A DNA stretch of 32,000 bases. Source: Desulfotalea psychrophila LSv54. GTDB taxonomy: Bacteria > Desulfobacterota > Desulfobulbia > Desulfobulbales > Desulfocapsaceae. Both the position numbers and the translations under genes were made by a program. Location of the stretch: the NCBI RefSeq assembly GCF_000025945.1, contig NC_006138.1, forward strand, positions 3,120,001 through 3,152,000, in the 5' to 3' direction. The notes under the pieces were generated by a model, which saw only the letters and a program-made list of their open reading frames with translations, had not been told where the DNA came from and made no database searches. Of this stretch, positions 25,421 to 32,000 are shown piece after piece (position 1 is the first letter of the stretch; every line of letters begins with the position of its first letter).

Positions 25421-25666
25421 TTACTTGCCCTTTGATGCTCTTTTTGCTGCTTTCAGTGGGTTGATACGTACTTTGCTTACAGCAATCTCAATTTTTGCGT
25501 GAGTTGCAAAGTTACACATCCCAAGCTTCCACTTTGCTTCAGGGTTGAGGTAGGTAGAGCAAAACTTGTTGCCCTCTTGCTCTACGATCCTATCACAGCC
25601 TTCACACTTTTCAACAACTACCTTAAAGCAACCATCATTATAATTCACAGCAGCGTTTTTTTGCAT
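25421..25666 (-). CDS. PxxKW-family cysteine-rich small protein
   Basis: 81 aa with CEGC, CSTYLNPEAKWKLGMCNFATH (a P-x-x-K-W motif) and a basic tail. The family name is recalled from RefSeq naming and is not verified. Confidence 0.6.
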   Translation of the reverse strand: MQKNAAVNYNDGCFKVVVEKCEGCDRIVEQEGNKFCSTYLNPEAKWKLGMCNFATHAKIEIAVSKVRINPLKAAKRASKGK

Positions 25667-26055
25667 TCTAAGTCCTCCAATTCTTTTAACAGGTATATAT
25701 CCATCCGATTCGCAATCGGCAAATCAACATTTCTACAACAGCATAAAAATGATATCTATCCAGTGAACCATGCTTTATACTACATGTGTTGATACGGTAC
25801 AAGAACTTTTCGCCACACAGAGAAGATGCCCTATTATTTGTTGATAAAAAAAGCTTCTAAAATATTGATAAGAAAACAAACTAGATAAATAGCTTGTTCT
25901 CTATGTTTTGGTGATGATATTATGAAATATGTGACTTTTAACATGCCATATAAAAATATTTTACAAGAAGCACGCATATCAAGGCCCACGCTCTGATAAT
26001 ATCACAAAAAAAATCGCAGACCATACAACTATATCCCTAGAAGCGGAGATGATCC

Positions 26056-27261
26056 ATGCCTATTTATACTTGGAAAGGAGTTAACTCCTACGGCGATAAA
26101 CGTAAAGGTGAGGTGGAGGCAGTAGATGCGACTGCCGCACTTAACCAAATTAAACGTCTACGTATAAACGCCCCTGTTATCAAGGAAAAGCCCAAAGATT
26201 TATTGGCAAGTATCTCTTTTTTTCAGCCTAAGGTAACAGGTAAGGATATTGTTATTTTTACCAGAATGCTTTCGACCATGATCGATGCAGGCCTTCCTCT
26301 GGTACAGGGTATAGAGATATTGGAACAACAACAGGAAAACCCCACCTTTAAAAAGGCTATCGGCAAAATCAAGGGCGATGTCGAATCCGGGACAACCCTG
26401 GCCGATTCTATGCGAAAACACCCAAAAATATTCGACAAGCTCTTTACCAATATGATTGAAGCAGGAGAAACAGGTGGTATACTTGACACCATCCTGCAAA
26501 GACTTGCCGCCTTTATGGAAAAGTCTATGGCCCTGAAGAAAAAAATAAAAGGAGCCATGACCTACCCTACAATATGCCTTGCTATATCCATTCTCATCCT
26601 CATCATTATTCTGGTTTTCGTCGTACCCGTCTTTTCACAAATGTTTGCCGATTTTGGTTCCAGCCTGCCCCTGCCCACGCAAATAGTTGTCAATATGAGT
26701 GATTTCTTCAAAAACAATATCATATACATGCTTATCGCCCTCTTTGCTCTCATGGCCGCTGTCAAAAAAATATACACGACCGAGAAGGGGCAAATCGCAA
26801 TAGACAAAATACTTCTTCAGGCACCTGTTGTAGGGCCACTTCTACGCAAGGTTGCTGTGGCAAAATTCACCAGAACCCTCAGTACCATGCTGCAAAGCGG
26901 TGTCCCCATCCTCGAAGCACTTCAGGTTGTTGCCAAAACCGCCGGCAACAAGATCATTGAACGGGCCGTTTTTCGGGTAGCAGATGGTATCGCCGAAGGA
27001 CGCCCCATGGCAGAACCCCTTGAAGAGAGCGGTGTCTTCCCCAATATGGTTACCCAAATGATTAATGTAGGTGAATCGGTGGGAGCACTCGATGCAATGC
27101 TGGAAAAAATTGCAGACTTTTACGATGGGGAGGTGGATCAGGCTGTTGATAACCTTACTGCCATGATCGAACCTTTTATGATGGTTTTTCTCGGCGGCAT
27201 GATTGGTGGCTTGGTTGTCGCCATGTATCTGCCTATCTTTAAAATGGCCTCTGTTGTTTGA
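26056..27261 (+). CDS. pilC: type IV pilus inner-membrane platform protein (GspF/PilC family)
   Basis: 401 aa with two repeats of the T2SS-F domain (FTRMLSTMIDAGLPL..GIEIL and FTRTLSTMLQSGVPILEAL). It has three TM segments and a C-terminal EP.MMVFLGG.IGGLVVAMYLPIF. GGAG lies 8 nt upstream. Confidence 0.88.
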   Translation: MPIYTWKGVNSYGDKRKGEVEAVDATAALNQIKRLRINAPVIKEKPKDLLASISFFQPKVTGKDIVIFTRMLSTMIDAGLPLVQGIEILEQQQENPTFKKAIGKIKGDVESGTTLADSMRKHPKIFDKLFTNMIEAGETGGILDTILQRLAAFMEKSMALKKKIKGAMTYPTICLAISILILIIILVFVVPVFSQMFADFGSSLPLPTQIVVNMSDFFKNNIIYMLIALFALMAAVKKIYTTEKGQIAIDKILLQAPVVGPLLRKVAVAKFTRTLSTMLQSGVPILEALQVVAKTAGNKIIERAVFRVADGIAEGRPMAEPLEESGVFPNMVTQMINVGESVGALDAMLEKIADFYDGEVDQAVDNLTAMIEPFMMVFLGGMIGGLVVAMYLPIFKMASVV

Positions 27262-27462
27262 TTTTCACAAAAATCAAACAATCACCTTTATTAGCAATAA
27301 GTTGCCCCTCCAACTTGACAGGGAAGGGCATGAACATGTTTTTCGCAATTTTTTTTACCAAATCACGTCTCTTTTATCACTTTTTTCGTTGATAATATTG
27401 ACTTTCTCCCTATTAAGCATAAACTTATACCAGTAACCATCTATATACAGGAGGAGGAGAAA

Positions 27463-27747
27463 ATGACGCTCACTAAGGCAGACCTGATTCAACAGGTCTA
27501 TAAAAAGCATGAAGGTCTCACAAAAGCTCAAGCGACAGAATCTGTTGAAGCTTTTCTAAGAATCTCCAAAGACGCACTTATCTCTGGTTCCGACCTGTTG
27601 CTAAGTGGTTTTGGGAAATTCAACGTTAAAGACAAAAGTTCAAGAAGAGGGCGAAATCCTCAGACTGGTGACGAGCTTACCCTTGAGGCAAGACGGGTTG
27701 TAACCTTTAAACCTTCGGGAATTTTGCGCGATAAAATTAATGCTTAA
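27463..27747 (+). CDS. ihfA: integration host factor subunit alpha (HU/IHF family)
   Basis: MTLTKADLI...LSGFGKFNVKDKSSRRGRNPQTGDELTLEARRVVTFKPS matches the E. coli IhfA pattern (GFGNF.LRDK..R.GRNPKTGE...I.ARRVVTFRPG). It has a strong AGGAGGAGGAG RBS. Confidence 0.82.
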   Translation: MTLTKADLIQQVYKKHEGLTKAQATESVEAFLRISKDALISGSDLLLSGFGKFNVKDKSSRRGRNPQTGDELTLEARRVVTFKPSGILRDKINA

Positions 27748-27821
27748 ATAAAATCTTATTGCCGCCAAAAGCATTACGCCTTATTTTTGTTTTTAACAGG
27801 CTAATTTTAGAAGTATACATG

Positions 27822-27854
27822 CACCGTTACATTCATTTGTAACGGTGTTTTTTT
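27822..27854 (+). terminator. intrinsic terminator after ihfA
   Basis: CACCGTTACA-ttcatt-TGTAACGGTG forms a perfect 10-bp stem followed by T7. Confidence 0.85.
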
Positions 27855-28366
27855 ATTTTAGTAAGAGCCATAGAATAATTACAACAATTATCAGAGATAA
27901 TTCAGAAACAACAAATTTTTCTAACTCGTCACAACTCTTTTGTTTCTGGGCGAAAAGGATGCCTGCAGGGTAATAAGATTAGACAGGTTCAGGTCCCCCC
28001 CCTCCTTGCCGCCAAGATACCTCAAAATAGTGTTCCTGGACCATCTCCTCCAGCCACAGTCACAACTTTCGTCAAGATTGGCGAACACAGCTCGCCTTTG
28101 AGAGGAACGAGACCCCCGCAGCCGCACGCTTCCTTCCACTCTTGAGTGAAGGCCTATCTCAACGTTAAATCTCTGCTCAGGGCAAATGAGGCAGTATTTA
28201 TAGGGTATCTTGAAAACTGGCAATTTCTATAAAAAGCAAGCCCGCATGCAAGACATATGATACCTGGCAAAAACATCGATGCTATCGGAGTCAACACCTG
28301 CCTTCAGAATAAATTTTTTATGAGGTTGAGATTTGCAAAAAGAGGGTAGGAGTTTCAGATACCTGA

Positions 28367-29488
28367 TCAGGGGTATTCAATCTCTCCCTCCAGCAGCAGG
28401 TGTGCACCCAACACACTCCGGCGCACTCCACGCAGAGCAATAGCATCTTCACGACCGGCCAGAGGACAACCTGTAACAAGAGAAACACCGCCATCCCCGG
28501 CAAAGAGAGGGGCCTGAAACAGGTAGAGGTAATCATAGAGCCTTTTCTGCAGTAACTGACCATGCAGTTGCGCACCACCCTCAACCAGCACGGAGCAAAT
28601 ATCCCTTTCCCCCAAAACAGCCACAATCTCCCCTAAATCCAGCCCTTCTGGCAAGGAGGAGACAGGCAAGACAATCACGCCACGTTCTGCAAAGACCTCT
28701 TTGCGTCCCTCATCCACATCATGCTGACAAAAGACAAGTACAGACCTCCCGGAAGCAGCAGAGTAAACGTGAGCATCAGGATCTGTTTTTAGCTGGCTGT
28801 CAAGGATGACGGCAACTGGATCCCGCCCTCCCCCCCCCGGCAAACGGGTGGTGAGAGAGGGATTGTCAATCATTACCGTACCGCTACCAACCATAATCGC
28901 ATCAACAGAATCACGCAGTTGATGAACCAGCGCCCCTGATTCCGGGCCCGTAATCCAACCAGGCTCGCCTTCTTTATAGTTCATGCGACCATCAAGGCTT
29001 ATCCCTGCCTTCATGATCATCCAGGGCGTCCCCGTCGTTATCTTTTTTATGAAGGGTCTATTTATCTCTCTACAATCTGCCTCACATATCCCCGTGCTCA
29101 CCTCAATACCATGATCCCGTAGATACTGAACGCCTCTACCGTTCACCAAAGGATTGGGATCTGTCATACCAACAACAACTCTTAATACCCCCGCCTTGGC
29201 CAGGGCAACACAACAGGGAGGAGTCCTGCCTGTATGACTACAGGGTTCCAGGGTCACATAGGCAGTTGCGCCTGCGGCCTTCTCCCCGGCATCACGAAGG
29301 GCATGCACCTCCGCATGAGGGGTCCCTGCCTTTTTATGATAACCCCTGCCAACGACAGATCCATCTCCCACAATAATAGCACCGACACAGGGGTTTGGCG
29401 AGGTACGTCCCTGCCCCCTCCGGGCCTCGGCAAGAGCAAGAAGCATGTATTTTTGATCAAGCTCTATCTGTCCAGTCTCATTAATCAT
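28367..29488 (-). CDS. ribD: bifunctional riboflavin biosynthesis protein RibD (pyrimidine deaminase / uracil reductase)
   Basis: From ATG 29488, MINETGQIELDQKYMLLALAEARRGQGRTSPNPCVGAIIV...HAEVHAL...TLEPCSHTGRTPPC is the CMP/dCMP-type deaminase zinc motif. It is followed by the reductase domain. A GGAGGTGGAG RBS lies inside the end of nrdR, giving an 8-nt overlap with nrdR. Confidence 0.92.
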   Translation of the reverse strand: MINETGQIELDQKYMLLALAEARRGQGRTSPNPCVGAIIVGDGSVVGRGYHKKAGTPHAEVHALRDAGEKAAGATAYVTLEPCSHTGRTPPCCVALAKAGVLRVVVGMTDPNPLVNGRGVQYLRDHGIEVSTGICEADCREINRPFIKKITTGTPWMIMKAGISLDGRMNYKEGEPGWITGPESGALVHQLRDSVDAIMVGSGTVMIDNPSLTTRLPGGGGRDPVAVILDSQLKTDPDAHVYSAASGRSVLVFCQHDVDEGRKEVFAERGVIVLPVSSLPEGLDLGEIVAVLGERDICSVLVEGGAQLHGQLLQKRLYDYLYLFQAPLFAGDGGVSLVTGCPLAGREDAIALRGVRRSVLGAHLLLEGEIEYP

Positions 29489-29951
29489 CTCCACCTCCAC
29501 GAGCATCGAGAAGATTTTTAAGCTCTGACATAAACTCATCCACATCTTTAAATTGCCGGTAAACAGAGGCAAATCTCACATAGGCCACCTCATCAAGGGC
29601 TGGCAAACGCTCCATTACCCATTCACCTACAATACTTGAAGAAATCTCCTTAGCCCCGTAATCCTGCAACATATGCTCGATATCATCAACAAATTCATCG
29701 ATCTTATCACGGCTGACAGCTCTTTTTTCACAGGCCTTCTCAATACCGACCACAAGCTTATGTCTATCCCAGGCCTCTCTTCTACCATCTTTTTTCACCA
29801 GCATAGGAAACATCACTTCAAGCCGTTCATAGGTCGTAAAACGCTGATCGCAGGCGAGACAAGATCTCCTTCTCCGGGTAATAGTTGCATCTTTATTGAT
29901 TCGTGAATCAATAACTTTATTATCAAGGTGGCCACAATACGGACACTTCAT
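29481..29951 (-). CDS. nrdR: transcriptional repressor NrdR (zinc ribbon + ATP-cone)
   Basis: MKCPYCG....VIDSR.......RRRR.C..C..RFTTYE followed by an ATP-cone (..AYVRFASVYR.F.D..EF). Confidence 0.93.
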   Translation of the reverse strand: MKCPYCGHLDNKVIDSRINKDATITRRRRSCLACDQRFTTYERLEVMFPMLVKKDGRREAWDRHKLVVGIEKACEKRAVSRDKIDEFVDDIEHMLQDYGAKEISSSIVGEWVMERLPALDEVAYVRFASVYRQFKDVDEFMSELKNLLDARGGGDD

Positions 29952-30026
29952 TTCATCCTCACTCTAGCGGTTAGCAATGTGCAACTACGGGCACAAATAA
30001 ATTATTGTAACCCACTACTATACCTT

Positions 30027-30067
30027 AAAAAACAAAAAAGGCCCATATCACAGAAGCGATATGGGCC
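30027..30067 (-). terminator. intrinsic terminator after rpiB
   Basis: Minus strand reads GGCCCATATC-N8-GATATGGGCC (perfect 10-bp stem) followed by TTTTTTGTTTTTT. Confidence 0.85.
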
Positions 30068-30089
30068 CAAAGAGAGAAAAGCAATTCTT

Positions 30090-30518
30090 TTAAATATCGC
30101 TAAACTTGGTAATACGTTGTAAATGTCTTCCGCCAACAAATTCAGTAGTCAACCAGGTATGTAGAACCTGCTGAGCACGTTCAGGTGAAAGGACACGCGC
30201 CCCCATACAAAGTATATTAGCATCATTATGCTCACGACTCATGGCAGCGGTATACTCATCATGACAGAGAGCCGCTCGAACAGATCTATTTCTATTTGCG
30301 GCAATGGACATACCAATGCCTGTACCACAAATCAAAACGCCCCTATCCCCATGCTCCACAAGAGCATCGACTGCCCTCTGGGCATAATCCGGATAATCAA
30401 CAGAGTCAAGGCTGTCACAGCCCACATCCTCAATGGTATGCCCCAGAGCTACAATCTTTTTCTTAAGCAACTCTTTTAACTCATAGCCACCATGGTCCGA
30501 TGCAATTATTATATTCAC
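30090..30518 (-). CDS. rpiB: ribose-5-phosphate isomerase B (RpiB/LacAB family)
   Basis: (M)NIIIASDHGGYELKE...DYPDYA...GVLICGTGIGMSIAANR..GVRAALC.D...A...REHNDANILC.G. GTG start with a GGAA RBS. Confidence 0.88.
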   Translation of the reverse strand: MNIIIASDHGGYELKELLKKKIVALGHTIEDVGCDSLDSVDYPDYAQRAVDALVEHGDRGVLICGTGIGMSIAANRNRSVRAALCHDEYTAAMSREHNDANILCMGARVLSPERAQQVLHTWLTTEFVGGRHLQRITKFSDI

Positions 30519-30559
30519 AACTATTCCTTTTCTAATTCAAGATGGAAGCGGGCGAGAAC

Positions 30560-31804
30560 CTACTCACCAATATACTGCTTCATTGCCACAACAGCATTGG
30601 TACCACCAAAACCAAAAGAGTTGGAGATTGCGGCACGCATCTTCATCGAACGACCAACATTAGGAGTATAATCCAAGTCACACTCAGGACTTGGCTCCTG
30701 CAAATTAATCGTTGGCAAAACAAATTGCTTATCAAGGCTCAGAGCTGTCAAGACAGCTTCAACACCACCTGTTGCCCCAAGCATATGGCCAAGCATTGAT
30801 TTTGTCGAACTAATGGCAAGCTTATACGCATGTTCTCCAAAAACACTCTTTATTGCCCGAGTTTCACAACGATCATTCAGGGGAGTCGATGTACCATGGG
30901 CATTGATATAATCAATATCCTCTGGCTGAAAACCTGCATCTTCAATGGCCATCTTCATTGCCCGAGCGCCACCCTCTCCATCTTCCGGAGGGGCTGTTAT
31001 ATGATATGCATCACTGCTCAAACCATAACCCGCCATCTCAGCATAAATCCGAGCACCTCTGGCAATGGCGTGTTCATAATCTTCGAGGATAAGCATTCCT
31101 GCACCCTCTGCCATAACAAAACCATCACGGTCCTTGTCAAAGGGACGGGAGGAAGCAGCAGGATCATCATTTCTGGTCGACAGAGCCTTAAGGGCGGTAA
31201 ACCCCCCAATCCCTGTAGGACAGATAACGGATTCAGTTCCACCAGCAACAATAGCAAGGCACTTACCTGAGCTCACCGCATTAAAGGCTTCACCCACGGC
31301 ATGAGTTCCAGCCGCACAGGCTGTGGTCAGAGCAAGATTTGGCCCTTTAGCCCCAATTCGCATAGATATATGGCCTGAAGGCATATTAGGGATGGCCATG
31401 GGGATAAAAAATGGAGAAATTTTACGCGGTCCCTTCTCCATAAACACCTGATGATATTTTTCAATCATAGGCAAACTTCCCATACCACAACCGGTAATAA
31501 CACCTACCCGCTCACAATTTTCCTCAGTTATCTCAAAGCCACTGTCTTTCAGGGCCATAACAGCAGCTGCCACACCATATTGAGCAAAAAGATCCATATG
31601 TTTGGCTGATTTTTTATCAAAAAAATCTTCTGCCTGGAAATCTTTTACTTCAGCAGCAATTTTAACGGCAAAGTCACTCGTATCAAAACGCGTAATAGTA
31701 TCAATACCACTCTTTCCTGCACACAAATTTTCCCAGGTTTTCTCAACCCCCGTACCAAGAGGCGTAACAAGACCCACACCGGTGACAACAACTCTACGCT
31801 TCAC
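30560..31804 (-). CDS. fabF: beta-ketoacyl-ACP synthase II
   Basis: (M)KRRVVVTGVGLVTPLG with the active-site region TACAAG, HGTSTPLND and NSFGFGGTN. GTG start with GGAG 8 nt upstream. It lies downstream of acpP as usual. Confidence 0.93.
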   Translation of the reverse strand: MKRRVVVTGVGLVTPLGTGVEKTWENLCAGKSGIDTITRFDTSDFAVKIAAEVKDFQAEDFFDKKSAKHMDLFAQYGVAAAVMALKDSGFEITEENCERVGVITGCGMGSLPMIEKYHQVFMEKGPRKISPFFIPMAIPNMPSGHISMRIGAKGPNLALTTACAAGTHAVGEAFNAVSSGKCLAIVAGGTESVICPTGIGGFTALKALSTRNDDPAASSRPFDKDRDGFVMAEGAGMLILEDYEHAIARGARIYAEMAGYGLSSDAYHITAPPEDGEGGARAMKMAIEDAGFQPEDIDYINAHGTSTPLNDRCETRAIKSVFGEHAYKLAISSTKSMLGHMLGATGGVEAVLTALSLDKQFVLPTINLQEPSPECDLDYTPNVGRSMKMRAAISNSFGFGGTNAVVAMKQYIGE

Positions 31805-31910
31805 GATAAGAACTCCTTTTATATTTTCCTACCCTCGTTATCTCTTTACAAACGACCTTTAAAGCATCCCAAGGCATGAACTCATAAAATTACTGCTGAA
31901 AATAGCAACC

Positions 31911-32000
31911 TTACTTGTTGCTTACGTAATCAATTGCATCCTGAACAGTCGCAATTTTTTCTGCATCTTCATCAGGAATTTCAATATCATAACCTTCTTC
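31911..32000 (-). CDS. acpP: acyl carrier protein, C-terminal 29 codons (gene starts beyond the right window edge)
   Basis: My minus-strand translation is EEGYDIEIPDEDAEKIATVQDAIDYVSNK*. This matches the AcpP C-terminus ([26 protein letters not shown]), and the gene lies directly upstream of fabF. Confidence 0.85.
   Translation of the reverse strand, partial: EEGYDIEIPDEDAEKIATVQDAIDYVSNK

Noticed and set aside
27985-28180. Partial resemblances to a cobalamin riboswitch, a TPP riboswitch, SRP RNA and a tRNA T-arm
   Set aside because: The resemblances were CCCCCGCAGCCG...CCACT...GAAGGC and GACCTG for cobalamin, CTGAG...AACCTG for TPP, GGAAGGAAGC for SRP RNA, and GGTTCAGGTCC for the T-arm. 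In each case only one short motif matches. Essential partner motifs are absent or wrongly spaced, including GGTG-AA-TCC, a full B12 box, the GNRA-capped domain IV helix and T-stem complementarity. No downstream gene is positioned to be regulated.
27921-28223. 100-aa minus-strand ORF (MPVFKIPYKYCLICPEQRF...CDCGWRRWSRNTILRYLGG...)
   Set aside because: It has a TTG start with no RBS. The product is Arg-rich and non-protein-like. I considered a decayed TnpB-type zinc finger (CxxC...CxCG...N.IL), but the spacing and flanking motifs do not fit. It is kept only as part of the non-coding-gap finding.
29489-29572. ribD start at 29572
   Set aside because: It would overlap nrdR by 92 nt. Deaminase homology starts after MINETG (ATG 29488), which has a strong SD.
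1-32000. Scan for CRISPR arrays, tRNA/rRNA genes, IS elements, integrases, toxin-antitoxin pairs or defence islands
   Set aside because: I saw no spaced direct repeats, no cloverleaf or T-loop candidates with a matching stem in any intergenic gap, and no transposase, recombinase or nuclease-helicase-type ORFs. All large ORFs are accounted for by housekeeping functions except the 812-aa acidic protein.

Overview
This is a gene-dense, mostly housekeeping chromosomal segment. Several protein signatures suggest a Desulfobacterota (Desulfobulbales-like) genome, but this is inference only: a Desulfovibrio africanus Fd III-type CxxDxxC ferredoxin, a PxxKW Cys-rich protein, MglA/MglB, an overlapping nrdR-ribD pair and a long-form LeuA. 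I support 33 protein-coding genes, two of them truncated by the window edges (argS on the left, acpP on the right). I also support one Leu-rich leader peptide with an attenuator upstream of leuA, one multi-lesion pseudogene (yaiI/DUF188) and about ten hairpin terminators. I saw no rRNA, tRNA, CRISPR array, transposase, integrase or phage genes. The most interesting locus is 19986-23497. There, an mglB-mglA polarity GTPase/GAP pair is followed after a 9-nt spacer, with no terminator, by an 812-aa hyper-acidic, internally repetitive ORF with no domain I recognise. This ORF is a candidate new MglA-associated scaffold or effector. Secondary items are the leuA leader-peptide attenuator, a decayed yaiI with a 12-bp in-frame tandem expansion, and a ~510-nt structured non-coding gap downstream of ribD. 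Others are a ~730-nt G-poor/C,A-rich intergenic region, a small Lys-rich Cys4 protein divergent from the ferredoxin, an orphan pilC and an orphan CbiA/DsrN-family amidase. All coordinates and motifs were derived by hand from the sequence, and no database search was possible.
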